64,000 nucleotides of DNA, taken from positions 12,338,001 through 12,402,000 of the forward strand of contig NC_134025.1 in the NCBI RefSeq assembly GCF_964204645.1, read 5' to 3'. The notes under the pieces were generated by a model. That model did not search any database. It was not told the DNA's origin and worked only from the letters and a program-made list of their open reading frames with translations. Shown piece after piece: positions 44,901-57,851 of this stretch. Positions within the stretch are counted from its first letter, which is position 1, and each line of letters starts with the position of its first letter. Made by a program: the position numbers and the translations under genes. This stretch comes from Tubulanus polymorphus (lineage: Eukaryota > Animalia > Nemertea).

Positions 44901-47900
44901 TGGTGAAAACCCACGGGGCCGTACTGAGGCCAAATGGAAGAGACCTGAATTGGAACTGGCGGCCTTTCCACTCCATCCTGAGAAATCGCCAAGATTTTGG
45001 GTGAATTGGAACCTGAAAGTAAGCATCTTTCAGGCCCATTGACCCGGACGGAGCCCTTGAATCACGTCCTTGGGCTTGGTCATCCGGAACCTTGGAATGT
45101 CTAGGTGCCGATTGAGGGATGACAGATCTATTACTGTCCGTTGACCCCCTGTGGCCTTTGGTACCATGAATATTCAAGAAAACCAGCCGGGAGAAGTTTC
45201 GTTGCAAACTGGTTCTATCGCTCCCTTCTCGGCCAATTCCTTGAGAGCTTAAGGTCTCCTGACCTGGTTTTGGCCGCATGTCGGGAGGTGACCTCATCAG
45301 GCGCGGTCGCCTTAGGAAACGGAGACGGTAGCCCCGAGAGACGACCCGGGAGGGCCAACCGTCTCCAAAAAGGTCGGACCAGTGGGTTGCTCCCTGCTGC
45401 AGACAACCTCCCACTGGTCCCAAGAATTCATTTGAGCCCCTTTTTTGAGCCTTCCCCTTGCCTCGATACGAACTGGAACTGTTACGACCGGACGAGGCTT
45501 GACACGATTGTTGAAGTTGCGCGCTAGTTCTCCAACCGGCATCCGAAGCCGCCTGAGAAAGCGCTGAAGTTTGAGATGGTCCTGTTTGCATCCGTGCCAA
45601 ACCTTGCGCCGCCGGCGTCGGACCAGAACACTTTTTCCACGGAGTTCGGGGATTGGACTTGGCCTGAACCTCCCGAATCTTTCTCAGCTCTGCGGAAACC
45701 GGAGCGCACCAACCGGAGAAGAGATGTGAAGACGTCCCCAATGGGGCTCTCAGCAAAGCATTGGACACCATATCCGGTAGACGAGTTTTGGAACTGGAGT
45801 CTATCACTGACTGACGGGAGGCTAACACAAGATTAGCCTGACCCCGAACCGACAACGGAATTACATGCGAAACAGACCGAGCCAAAGATTGGATAATCCG
45901 GTCCATTCCCTCCAGTTTTAGGGCAACTGACTCTGGGTCGAAGCCCGCATGAACGGCGGTGTGAGTCTCGCGAAGCTCACCCGTCAACACCTTAAGTGCC
46001 ATATCTTGAAACGAACCAACCCTGGTAAGATTGTCCAGGATTGACGTTATGACCACCAAACCGGACTTAGGCAAACGAATACCCGACTGTGCTGTAACAG
46101 TATCCGGGCTGATCAAAGTATAATCAGCATCCAGGCAGTTATGACTGTGCGCCTATAGTTGGATCGGTTGAACTAAAATATTTCCCAGATTTCATTCCCC
46201 GTTCTGGAGGGGGAAATGAAAATGTTCTAGGCCGACATTCACCCCATAATTGCGTATCCAATCGAGCCCATTCTCTCGAAACCGCTGACGATTTTCGTAA
46301 AACGTTAAGATCGGTGTCCGGAGGGCGATAAGCTTCCATTGACTCACCGACCAGAGGAGCTGCTGTGGGCTTAGCGCGAGTTGCCCCGTGCTTGACAAAG
46401 AACTCACTTATCATCGCTCTAAATGGCATGTCCCCCGCTGGTTCGGATAAAACTGGACGGGACGGAGATACATTGCGAGCCAGGGAAGCCCCCATCGTCT
46501 GGGGCAACCCACAATTGCTCGCGACAGGAACGACCCCAGAAGGAATTGCCGCTTCTGGGACCGGATCCTCATTGAAATCAGACCCTACCGCAGCATCCAG
46601 GAATTCAGAGTCAGAATTCCGAAGAACTGAGTGGGCTGGCGAACTTCTAACCGGACAATCAGGAATAGGCTTACCTGTTGTAGAGGTTGCAGCGACTTGT
46701 TGCGACGAAGATAACAAGTTTAAAATTTTCTCTTCAAATACATGGAAATCCTTCTGAGTCAGGTATTTTCCAGTATCCCGACGATCATGCCGACTTCGGT
46801 GACGGTCCCTCGAACGGGATCGAGACCTACTAGAAGAATCGCTTTCATCGCTAACCGCCGTCGACGAACGATGAGAAGACCGACGGCGAAACTTCCGACA
46901 ATAACGATCGTAGTCCCTCTCGCGATCAAACCTTGATCTGCGAGAAGGAGATCTTGCTCGTTTATTACGCTCACGGCGTCTAAATCTAGTGGGAGAGCGA
47001 GCTCTATCCCCGGAGCGACGATCAGAATCAGACGATGAACGTACCGGATGTTTTGAACCGGACGACGTCTGGACCGAACCGGTGCCCGAACCGGACCGGT
47101 GCCCGAACCGAACTGATGCCCGACCCGGACCGGTACCGACCGAACCGGTGCGGGCCGTTCGCGACTACCGCGGCGCGCGCTTTGTTCCGAACATGTAGTC
47201 TGAACCGGCCGAACCGGCCGAACGACCAGAGACCGGTGAATGACCGGAGACCGGTGCCGGTGAACCAGCGTTCCTCCCCGGTGAACGGAGTTGGGAAGCC
47301 GATCGTACCTGAACGACTGGCGACCGCTCCGCTTTACGATAAGAAACAGGATTAGAAACGTCGGTTGGCACATCGGCCGAAACCGACGAATCCCTGCTAT
47401 TTCGACGACGATCTCTTAGTTTAAGAGCCTTATCGGCCCGAAGCCAAAGGTCCTCGGACCACACCTCGCAAATCTTGCAAGGATTGCTCCTTGCACATAT
47501 TTGACCGGATTTGCGCCTGCACGACGCACACGAATCGTGGTTGTCCCAGGCGCCAAACAAATGCCCGCATCCCTCCCTGCCACGATGTTGACCCTTAGGA
47601 GGGGGTGGCATAATTATCCTATTACAAATCAAAACAATTCAATTCAATCAAATTATATTTGTAAATAAAATTCTTATGGAAAAATAGAAACCAGGGATAA
47701 CCCCCAAACCGAACGGACTCACCGTTATGAGAGTGAAAACTCCCTAATATCCTAATTCCCAGATTTTTACGGCGAAAAAATCCAACGCGTTCTACTGCGA
47801 GAACGCCAAGAAAAAAGATGGCGGATTTCGCCGGTGGCTAAATGCAATACCGCAGGGCCGGGTCGTATAGAAAAACCATTGGCGATCAATCCAAATTTAG

Positions 47901-47949
47901 AAAATATTGGCAAAAACCATAGGAAAGGGTACAGTACTCGACGGAAATA
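41947..47949 (-). mobile_element. DIRS1-like retrotransposon, copy 2 (multiple small deletions; defective)
   Basis: Same ITRs and ICR (42164-42261); gag, pol and YR fragmented by deletions near 43467, 44167, 45035, 45432 and 46148. Confidence 0.95.
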
Positions 47950-48539
47950 AATTAGTGTCCGTTATATGAATCAAATCTTGAAGCTGAAAATTCTCAATAC
48001 CATGTTATTATCGTTAGCATATTCATGATACGAATAAACGCTACTAGAAATGCAGTTGTTTTTGCCAGACAACAATGGCTTCAAGTCGGCCATCTCAATT
48101 CTGATTGGGCAGTTTTACCAAGGGCAGATATATGAATAAACCAAATATCGTCTTGTGTCTGATTGACCCAATTTTTGTCAAAGCGTTTTCAAAACTTCCC
48201 ATGTAAACTTTAAAAATGCACAAAAGTGTTGATTTTGTGTGAAATGGCCAAAAGTGGGCCACCTTGATTCCCATCGGACCAAGTTTTGGGCCACACAAAC
48301 CTAATATCAATATATAGACCATACATCAAAGTATATTGAAAACTAGATTCTGTCTACAGATGGAAGAACAGACAGCAGAAAAGTGAACGCATTAGACTTA
48401 CGTAAGTACCAAGTAGGCTAAAAACCCACTACAGTGGAACTTCATCATAATGTATTCTGATATGACGATTTATCAGTAAAAAATAACTGTGACCAAAATG
48501 AGAAAATTTGTGAATTTTTGGAAATTCATATTCATTTAC

Positions 48540-48635
48540 CTTCCAGCTGTGTTTAACAGCAACGTCACTTATATTTAAACAGCTTGAGCGAGTCATGATT
48601 CCAGCAAGGATCAACGTGGTTGCAATAGATGGTTC
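48540..48635 (-). CDS. CACHD1: CACHD1-like exon
   Basis: EPSIATTLILAGIMTRSSCLNISDVAVKHSWK continues HITSK|EP as in CACHD1; TAG / GTAAAT; 96 bp. Confidence 0.85.
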
Positions 48636-48726
48636 CTATGATGAAAATCAAACAACAAATTGTTAAGAACCACAAAGCAACCATTTTTTTTGGCCTGCTT
48701 GGGATTGATTAATCTAATATTTCTAA

Positions 48727-49411
48727 AGTCCCATTCACAGAACTAGTTTAGACCAGTCTAAATGGTTTGCACCAGGTCCGGTCCAAATTTGGACTGGACC
48801 GAATCTGAGTGTGCGTTCACACACGCTAAATTGGCAACAAATTGTTATGACTGGGCCCTCAAGATGTCGACATAAGTATTTTACCCTGAAATTTATATCT
48901 AGTCCCTGGCAGTTTTTTATTTGAACAATTCTGATCATTACAGTTTATCATATATCTGGACACATCAATCAATGATAGATTCTAGGTAATTTTCGGAACA
49001 GTTAAAACAGATATAAACATGTACTCTTCGAGCAACACATGCTGAGATTTTAAGATATGTAATACATGTAATCCGTTAGCATTTACATCAATTTTATGAA
49101 ATCTAAAAACTATATGAAATCAGCTTGATGAGGAATTGGTGACATGTTTGATACGATTAAATTTATATCCCAGAGTATGATTTAGACTGGATCTGGTACC
49201 AGTTTCTGTCCACAGACACAGTCCGTTTTAGTCTGTTCAAAAATTTGGACTGGACCTGGTTCGCTCTTTTCGGTGGGTAGAAATTAGACCAGTCTAAAAT
49301 GGACCAGATCAATTTGGAACAGAAGTTTTTGCTCATGTGAACACTTGGTACGGTCTTGACTGGAATGGACCAAATTTAGACCAGTCTAAATAACGGCGTG
49401 ATAATGCGTCT
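48727..49411. mobile_element. Degenerate MITE rich in TTTAGACCAGTCTAAA / GGACTGGACC motifs
   Basis: Palindromic TTTAGAC-CA-GTCTAAA near both ends and internally. Confidence 0.45.
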
Positions 49412-50074
49412 TAAGAGTTATGCAACTATTTTGTGTGGCAATGTGTGTAAATTCATGAAACTTATAAAGGGTTCGTAATGAAATTGGTTAAGTTACATGT
49501 ATTTATATATGTCATACTTTTTATAGATCTAAAATAATTTTGTATTATAATGTGGTACAGTCATTGTTTGGTCAACTTCCATGTTGTTAAATTAAGTTGG
49601 TCTGTCATTCATTCTGTCGCTGCAGTGTTTTCATTATGAGTGGAATTTTGCTCCAGCTGCAGCTGGACGTACCACCTACCAAGAAGAATTCTGCAGGAAC
49701 CCAACGAACCACAATTGATCGGAAAACTCTTCTCTGAATATTGGGAATTCATGCGGTCACATGTGCATATTATGATACAAAGTATACATATAGGTTCAAC
49801 TTCAATTTTCCTCTCCCCTGTTAGGGATAAGGAAACAATATACTGGTAATATATTTTGCCAAGTGAAGATTTGTCATTTTGAGTTACAGCATATGCTTGA
49901 AGCGTATTCAACTGAGCAATCTGATTGGACAGAAATGCTACATTGGTGTAACGGTATACTACCCCCAGTAGTTATTTGAACATCAGCATGCAGTAACAAA
50001 ATAATCTTCATCCAATAGTGTAATTGTCATCAACAAATACTAAAGATTTTACGAATACAATGTACAAGTTTTAC

Positions 50075-50180
50075 CTTGGAAGTGATATGTACGTCTTCTA
50101 CAATGGGTAGATTTGTTGTTCTAGCTTCGATATAATCGGGATGTATAACAATAAAGCCACTGTCATCAATGACAAAACAA
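50075..50180 (-). CDS. CACHD1: CACHD1-like exon (Cache domain)
   Basis: CFVIDDSGFIVIHPDYIEA...HITSK; TTTTCAG / GTAAAA; phase 2 to 0. Confidence 0.9.
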
Positions 50181-51222
50181 CTGAAAACAAATACCGCTAA
50201 CATTAGGTAAAAATAGGAATAAATCAAATATCGGGGAGATGTAGGGTGGGCAGTTCAGGATGGTTGAATTCTGCAACAAAATAATCAAAATCGTTTCTTA
50301 ATAATTTGGATTTGTTTAATCAAAGGATAACGGAACTCAAAGGATAAGACTTTTCTGTAAAAAAAATGTATACAGGGTACAGTTTCCCGAAGCTAACAAG
50401 AAAAATACCTAGTATCCTCCATCGCTATGGCTAATATAAAAAGGATACCAGGGTTTATTGTGTTAATTCAGTGACCATATGTGCAGACTAATGCCTTTGG
50501 AGTATGGATTTTACCAGCGAAAAATGTAAGGGCAAATTTTTACGATCACAGACGTTTTATAATGAAGGGAACTTAGATTTCTTCATTTTTGAGTATTTTC
50601 CACATTAAATCTTGGAAGGACTACGGAAAAGAGTGAAAACTGCAGTGGATTGCATTCAAATGATGGGAATGATTAGATCGAAAATTAAGATGGAAATGTG
50701 AAGAAATTATAGACAGGTTATCAAGAAAAAATTGTTTTAAATAATTATGATAAAAACAAGACTTTTTTCAACAATGATGTTTATGGCGGAATTTCTGAGG
50801 GAAAACCGTGATCCAAGTACAATGTTATGAAAAGCATGCATCCCCTAGAACCAAGAAATTCTTATGAAAATCTGTCAATTTTCAATCCATCAATCACCTC
50901 CACGATGCACTCTACTGTATAAACATGTAGCAATCACACACAGCTGCATGATTGATCATGAATATATGTAGTAGTGGGTTTTCCCCAATGACTCGAATAG
51001 ACACCTGCCTTACAACATAGGCCTACCAGGATTGAAAGAAATCAACATGATTTATATACCGTCCATTGTGTGAACTCGGAAGCTGAACGATCAATTACAT
51101 AGATTCACTGCCCCTCTCCCAATTTCATTGCCTTTTTCAAAAATTCACAGCTATCCATGGACGTGAATTGATTTTTTTCAGTTCACTGCTATTCACTGCT
51201 CGCAAAAATGAAGTGAGACTAT

Positions 51223-51544
51223 AGCCGCGATAACACAGAGACCATTTGGCCAGGGCCAAATTGCAAGGATCAGGCTCGAGCCAAATTTGGCCCATGCCTA
51301 ATTAGAGAGCGCGTTCACACGCAAACCATTCACTCGATGCTAAACAATGCTCAAAGCGAAGTGGGTCATTTCCGGTACCAGTTGCAATTTAGATGCAATC
51401 GTTTGTCTCGTGCTAAAATTTGGCTCGGGCCTGGTCCAACGTTTTTGGTTGGGCCAAATTTGGCCATGGCCAAACAGGCTCGGGCCCATTTGTCACCCCT
51501 GAGAACAGTTTTTCCGGGCCAAAAATGCTTGTGTGATCGCGGCT
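51223..51544. mobile_element. PIF/Harbinger-type MITE (uninterrupted relative of 9114-16698)
   Basis: TIR AGCCGCGAT(A/C)ACAC, 3-bp TSD TAT. Confidence 0.85.
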
Positions 51545-51679
51545 TATATGCAACGTCTTCAGAATATTCAGTTGGCTTGATGAAAGGGCAGAAATAGTTT
51601 ATGTTCAACTCCAGAATGATATGATGAAAGCAGTACTATCATGGGGGGTTTATTCTTAGGCCAGTCAGGCATGTTGAAA

Positions 51680-52040
51680 GGTAGAACCTCCAAATCAATA
51701 GGATTCTTCCCTACATGGTCTCACAACATGCCATAAAATCACAAATGATTCTATCTGTTGGTGTAGCCTGTATCCTGCTCACAAGCATGTTCGCCAAACA
51801 CAGATGGCCACCAGTCAGCCATCTTGAGAGGTGGTACTTCCGTAATCAATAAGGTAATTCCCTACATGGTTTGACATCATGTCATTAAGTCTCACAAGAT
51901 TCTATCTGCTGGTTCAGCCTGCATCCTATTCACAATGATGTTTGACAAACAAAGATAGCCGCCAATCTGCCATCTAGAAAGGTGGAACTTCCAAAATCAA
52001 TAGGGTTCTTCCCTACATGGTTTGACATCATGACATGAAA
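51680..52040. repeat. Degenerate ~150-bp tandem repeat (2.5 units)
   Basis: TTCCCTACATGGT recurs at ~51707, ~51859 and ~52009. Confidence 0.65.
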
Positions 52041-52653
52041 TATATACATGTCAAATATGTACATGATGCTTAAAATTACAATTTTTGGAACTAAAATTTG
52101 TATTTCCGAGTAGTACTTACCCTTTCCTATGGTTTTTGCCAATATTTTCTAAATTTGGATTTATCGCCAATGGTTTTTCTATACGACCCGGCCCTGCGGT
52201 ATTGCATTTAGCCACCGGCGAAATCCGCCATCTTTTTTCGTCATAGCAGACCAATAAAAAAAAACCAGCTATGCGGGGCAGGTGGGCGGGATTCCCACCA
52301 TAGGAAAGGGTAAGTACTACTCGGAAATACAAATTTTAGTTCCAAAAATTGTAATATTTCCGTCGAGTACTGTACCCTTTCCTATGGTTTTTGCTAGACT
52401 AGCCTAGCACAAGGATGGTGGGAAAGGTAGATAGAAAAACCACCGCTCAAACGCAAGGTAAGAGGGAAAAAGAGAGCACTTACCCAAGCACGGAATGGAG
52501 CACTGTAGCACAGGGAAGACCGGTTGGCCACAGTGAGTCCGTCCAGCTCAGGGCCCCCCCCCAGAATTTTGCGAAATTAATACTTGCAGATATGAGCCCA
52601 AACTATGTACAAGGATACACCCCCTGTGATCCTGATAATGCTACATAAATATT

Positions 52654-54240
52654 CTACACTAAAGGGTCCGATCGGAAAGAACGGACACCTTGAGCCATGA
52701 CAACAGGACCAAGTGAAGCTAATGAGCCTAACTGGCCTGAAACATCCCGTAAATAAAATGACGTGAATGTCGACGGTGAATTCCAAAAGGCGGCCCGACA
52801 GACTTCCTCCAACGGAGCACCCGAAAAGGCTGCGCAGGAAGTAGCCATAGACCTCACTTGATGAGAAACGACTCCCTCCGAGGAAAGATTCTCCTTCAAT
52901 AAAATGTCCTTGATCATTGAAGAGACCCATCGGGCTACTGTGTCCCGCGAAATATCACCCTTTAGGTGATCCAGCAGCGGAATAAATAACCGCTCCCATG
53001 AACCCCTCCGTGAAGCAGAGCGATCTAAATAGAAACACAACGCCCGCACAGGACATAAAGTCCTGTCCGGGATGCCCGGTTCCACTCGATGTTTTAGGGC
53101 TTCAATTCGCCATTGACGCCCAACCGAGCCTGGTCGTTGGTTCTTTGCCAAAAATTCCAAAGCAGGCCGCAGCGAAACAAATTCATTCGCTGGCCCAAAG
53201 ACAATGTGACCTTGTCGGACTGAAAGCGCATGAATCTCAGAGCGACGGGCCGAGCAAGCCAAGAACAGCGAAAATACAGTCTTTTTTGACAAATTTGCAA
53301 AAGACGCTGCCGAAAGAGGTTCAAATGGAGCCTCCATTAACTTCTTCAAAATTACAGACAGATCCCATGGTGGAACTGTCCTTGTTACCCGAGGCCGGGA
53401 AATAGAAAACCCAGCAACCAGCTGGGATATCCGATGATCCCCTGCTACATTTGGCCATCCAGAAGCACGCAATGTATGAGAAATCGCGGAGCGGTAACCT
53501 TTAATAGTTATGACCTGTAAACCTTTTGCTACAAATAGGTGCAGTAAAAAATCTGCCAATTGAGCTACAGAGGGTGAGCATGGATCAATTTCCCCTGCAG
53601 CACACCAATCCGCAAAATGACTCCATTTGGCATCGTAAATGGTACTTGTCGATGGCCGCTTAGATCCTGCGATAAAGGAGGCAGCCTGTTCTGAAAAGCC
53701 TGAAGCTGACAAGGATCGCTGGACAATGGCCAGGCGAGCAGATTTAACCACTGGCTGTTTGGATGATGCCGAAAGATCCCCTGAGACAGAAGCGATGGGA
53801 AATTCGGAAGAATCCTGGGGTTGTCGCACAGTAGGTTGAGAAGTGGTAGGAACCATTTCTGAGCCGGCCAACATGGTGCTACCAGAACTATGTTGCAATT
53901 GACTGATCTCTCTATTTGATCCAGTAAGCGCGGCAGGACTGGTGTGGGCGGGAACGCATACGCATGCATCCCCGACCAGTCCAGAGAGAAGGCATCGACC
54001 CCCCACGCTTCCGCGTCTGGAAACGGGGACACAAACAGAGGACACCTCCGATTGAACCGGGTGGCAAACAGATCCAGCAGCGGATTGCCAAAAATGCCCC
54101 GAACCCGATCGGCTACTTCTTGGTGGAGAACCCATTCTGTCGCAATAGCCTGACCTCGACGAGACAGAGCATCGGCCATCACGTTCCTTTTCCCTGCTAA
54201 ATGTGCCACAGTCAGGGACACGCCCTTTGTCTGGCACCAA
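52654..54240 (-). CDS. DIRS copy 3 tyrosine recombinase (true start uncertain)
   Basis: SARRSEIHAL, LCPVRAL, HQVRSMATS, AFWNSPSTFTSFYLRD. Confidence 0.88.
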   Translation of the reverse strand: MVPDKGRVPDCGTFSREKERDGRCSVSSRSGYCDRMGSPPRSSRSGSGHFWQSAAGSVCHPVQSEVSSVCVPVSRRGSVGGRCLLSGLVGDACVCVPAHTSPAALTGSNREISQLQHSSGSTMLAGSEMVPTTSQPTVRQPQDSSEFPIASVSGDLSASSKQPVVKSARLAIVQRSLSASGFSEQAASFIAGSKRPSTSTIYDAKWSHFADWCAAGEIDPCSPSVAQLADFLLHLFVAKGLQVITIKGYRSAISHTLRASGWPNVAGDHRISQLVAGFSISRPRVTRTVPPWDLSVILKKLMEAPFEPLSAASFANLSKKTVFSLFLACSARRSEIHALSVRQGHIVFGPANEFVSLRPALEFLAKNQRPGSVGRQWRIEALKHRVEPGIPDRTLCPVRALCFYLDRSASRRGSWERLFIPLLDHLKGDISRDTVARWVSSMIKDILLKENLSSEGVVSHQVRSMATSCAAFSGAPLEEVCRAAFWNSPSTFTSFYLRDVSGQLGSLASLGPVVMAQGVRSFRSDPLV

Positions 54241-55735
54241 AGAAGAATTTTGGCCGACAGACCTGTGAGGGTTTCTGAGTGAGTGCCCCCTTGGTTCTGA
54301 AGGTAAGCCCTCACTGTTGATTGTCTGTGGCTAACCAAACGTGGTGGCCCTCCACTCTCCTGTGAAAGAACTTCAGGGCCTTCCACACGGCCAGCATTTC
54401 TAGGAAATTTATGTGGTTGGTGGCCTCGTAGCGAGACCATTTCCCGGCTTTGACTCGGTTCTCCAGATGTGCCCCCCAACCTTGGTGACTTGCATCCATG
54501 AATACACGAACTGGAGCCTCTAACGGGGCTAGTGACACCCCGAGCCGAAGATTCGTAGTGGCCGCCCACCACTGAAGATCCGGACTTAGATCGGTTGGAG
54601 GTACGGGAATCAAGGCCTCCCAGTTGCCCTTCGACTGAGACCAGAAGACCTTCCAATATTGTTGCAAGCGCCTGCTTCTGAGGCGGCCTAAGGGCACCAC
54701 CAGACCCATGGAGCTGATGGAGCCTAGAAGCCGTGACCAGTAACGAGCTGTTCTCGGGGTTGTGGACACTCCCGCTACAGCTTCTTGAAGTTTGGCCACT
54801 CGAACCATAGACGGAAAGACTTTGCCGATTCGGAGATCGAAGTCCATGCCGAGATAAGTGAACTGTTGGGCCGGCGTCAACTGAGATTTTTCCCTGTTTA
54901 CGCGGAACCCTAGCTGATGGACTAAGTCCAAGACTGAGGTCATTGCCTCCCGACATTCCTGAGCCGAATTCGCGACTATTAACCAGTCGTCGAGGTAAAC
55001 GAACAGTCGAACACCCCTTGACTGAAGTACCTTCTGAACTGACTTGACCAACTTGGTGAAAACCCACGGGGCCGTACTGAGGCCAAATGGAAGAGACCTG
55101 AATTGGAACTGGCGGCCTTTCCACTTTATCCTGAGAAATCGCCGAGATTTTAGGTGAATTGGAACCTGAAAGTAAGCATCTTTCAGGTCCAATGAAGCCG
55201 CCCATTGACCCGGACGGAGCCCTTGAATCACGTCCTTGGGCTTGGTCATCCTGAACCTTGGAATGTCTAGGTGCCGATTGAGGGATGACAGATCTATCAC
55301 TGTCCGTTGACCCCCTGTGGCCTTTGGTACCATGAATATTCGAGAAAACCAGCCGGGAGAAGTTTCGTTGCAAACTGGTTCTATCGCTCCCTTCTCTGCC
55401 AGTTCCTTGAGAGCCGGAGAGATTAAGGCCTCCTGACCTGGTTTTGGCCGCATGTCGGGAGGTGACCTCATCAGGCGCGGTCGCCTTAGGAAACGGAGAC
55501 GGTAGCCCCGAGAGACGACCCGGGAGGGCCAACCGTCTCCAAAGAGGTCGGACCAGTGGGTTGCTGCCTGCTGCAGACAACCTCCCACTGGTCCCAAGAA
55601 TTCATTTCGAGTTTTTCCGAAAGGAAGAGCCCCTTTTTGGAGCCTTCCCCTTGCCTCGATACGAACCGGAACTGTTACGACCGGACGAGGCTTGACACGA
55701 TTGTTGAAGTTGCGCGCTAGTTCTCCAATCGGCAT
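53565..55735 (-). pseudogene. DIRS copy 3 pol (RT-RNaseH-MT) with a 1-nt deletion at ~54320
   Basis: RT frame 54311-55735 ends ATDNQQ*; STVRAYL...ADALSR and the MT domain continue in another frame. Confidence 0.85.
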
Positions 55736-57851
55736 CCGAAGCCGCCTGAGAAAGCGCTGAAGTTTGAGATGGTCCTGTTTGCGTCCGTGCCGAACCTTGC
55801 GCCGCCGGCGTCGGACCAGAACGCTTTTTCCACGGAGTTCGGGGGTTGGACTTGGCCTGAACCTCCCGAATCTTCCTCAGCTCTGCGGAAACCGGAGCGC
55901 ACCAACCGGAGAAGAGACGTGAAGACGTCCCCAATGGGGCTCTCAGCAAAGCATTGGACACCATATCCGGTAGACAAGTTTTGGCACTGGAGTCCATCAC
56001 TGACTGACGGGAGGCTAACACCAGATTAGCCTGACCCCGAACCGACAACGGAATTACATGCGAAACAGACCGAGCCAAAGATTGGATAATCCGGTCCATT
56101 CCCTCCAGTTTTAGGGCAACTGACTCTGGGTCGGAGCCCGCATGAACGGCGGCGTGAGTCTCGCGAAGCTCACCCGTCAACACCTTAAGCGCCATATCTT
56201 GAAACGAACCAACCCTGGTAAGATTGTCCAGGATTGACGTCATGGCCACCAAACCGGACTTAGGCAAACGAATACCCGACTGTGCTGTAACAGTATCCGG
56301 GTTGATCAAAGTATAATCAGCATCCAGGCAGTTATGACTGTGATCCACAGCACCTGGAGTTGCGTAATACGCCGAGCGAAATGCGCCTATAGGTGGATCG
56401 GTTGAACTAAAATATTTCCCAGATTTCATACCCCGTTCTGGAGGGGGAAATGAAAAAGTTCCAGGCCGACATTCACCCCATAATTGCGTATCCAATCGAG
56501 CCCATTCTCTCGAAACCGCTGACGATTCCCGTAAAACGTTAAGATCGGAGTCCGGAGGGCGATAAGCTTCCATTGACTCACCGACCAGAGGAGCTGCTGT
56601 GGGCTTAGCGCGAGTTGCCCCGTGCTTGACAAAGAACTCACTTATCATCGCTCTAAATGGCATGTCCCCCGCTGGTTCGGATAAAACTGAACGGGACGGA
56701 GATACATTGCGAGCCAGGGAAGCCCCCATCGTCTGGGGCAACCCACAATTGCTTGCGACAGGAACGACCCCAGAAGGAATTGCTGCCTCTGGGACCGGAT
56801 CCTCATTGAAATCAGACCCTACCGCAGCATCCAGGAATTCAGAGTCAGAATTCCGAAAAACTGAGTGGGCTGGCGAACTTCTAACCGGACAATCAGGAAT
56901 AGGCTTACCTGTTGTAGAAGTTGCAGCGACTTGTTGCGACGAAGATAACAAGTTTAAAATTTTCTCCTCAAATACATGGAAATCCTTCTGAGTCAGGTAT
57001 TTTCCAGTATCCCGACGATCATGCCGACTTCGGTGACGGTCCCTCGAACGGGATCGCGACCTACTAGAAGAATCGCTTTCATCGCTAACCGACGTCGACA
57101 AACGATGAGAAGACCGACGGCGAAACTTCCGACAATAACGATCGTAGTCCCTCTCGCGATCAAACCTTGATCTGCGAGAAGGAGATCTTGCTCGTTTATT
57201 ACGCTCACGGCGTCTAAATCTAGTGGGAGAGCGAGCTCTATCCCCGGAGCGACGATCAGAATCAGACGATGAACGTACCGGATGTTTTGAACCGGACGAC
57301 GTCTGGACCGGACCGGTGGCCGAACCGGACCGAACCGGACCGATGCCCGACCCGGACCGGACCGGTACCGACCGAACCGGTGCGGGCCGTTCGCGACTAC
57401 CGCGGCGCGCGCTCGGTTCCGAACATGTAGTCTGAACCGGCCGAACCGGCCGAACCGGTGAACGACCAGAGACCGGTGAATGACCGGAGACCGGTGCCGG
57501 TGAACCAGCGTTCCTCCCCGGTGAACGGAGTTGGGAAGTCGATCGTACCTGAACGACCGGCGACCGCTCCGCTTTACGATAAGAAACAGGATTAGAAACG
57601 TCGGTTGGCACATCGGCCGAAACCGACGAATCCCTGCTAACTCGACAACGATCTCTTAGTTTAAGAGCCTTATCGGCCCGAAGCCAAAGGTCCTCGGACC
57701 ACACGACGCAAATATTGCAAGGATTGCTCCTTGCACATATTTGACCGGATTTGCGCCTGCACGACGCACATGAATCGTGGTTGTCCCAGGCGCCAAACAA
57801 ATGCCCGCATCCCTCCCCGCCACGATGCTGACCCTTAGGAGGGGGTGGCAT
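55602..57851 (-). CDS. DIRS copy 3 gag-like ORF1 (N-terminal Cys/His finger, RS-rich region)
   Basis: ATG at 57851 (MPPPPKG); CGH...HDSCASC...C..SNPCNIC..W; RSRSRSRDR; overlaps the pol start. Confidence 0.85.
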   Translation of the reverse strand: MPPPPKGQHRGGEGCGHLFGAWDNHDSCASCRRKSGQICARSNPCNICVVWSEDLWLRADKALKLRDRCRVSRDSSVSADVPTDVSNPVSYRKAERSPVVQVRSTSQLRSPGRNAGSPAPVSGHSPVSGRSPVRPVRPVQTTCSEPSARRGSRERPAPVRSVPVRSGSGIGPVRSGSATGPVQTSSGSKHPVRSSSDSDRRSGDRARSPTRFRRRERNKRARSPSRRSRFDRERDYDRYCRKFRRRSSHRLSTSVSDESDSSSRSRSRSRDRHRSRHDRRDTGKYLTQKDFHVFEEKILNLLSSSQQVAATSTTGKPIPDCPVRSSPAHSVFRNSDSEFLDAAVGSDFNEDPVPEAAIPSGVVPVASNCGLPQTMGASLARNVSPSRSVLSEPAGDMPFRAMISEFFVKHGATRAKPTAAPLVGESMEAYRPPDSDLNVLRESSAVSREWARLDTQLWGECRPGTFSFPPPERGMKSGKYFSSTDPPIGAFRSAYYATPGAVDHSHNCLDADYTLINPDTVTAQSGIRLPKSGLVAMTSILDNLTRVGSFQDMALKVLTGELRETHAAVHAGSDPESVALKLEGMDRIIQSLARSVSHVIPLSVRGQANLVLASRQSVMDSSAKTCLPDMVSNALLRAPLGTSSRLFSGWCAPVSAELRKIREVQAKSNPRTPWKKRSGPTPAAQGSARTQTGPSQTSALSQAASDADWRTSAQLQQSCQASSGRNSSGSYRGKGKAPKRGSSFRKNSK

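Noticed and set aside
44158-46116. 652-aa gag-RT fusion ORF in copy 2 as a novel protein
   Set aside because: Produced by several private deletions that hop between frames; RT motifs are damaged.
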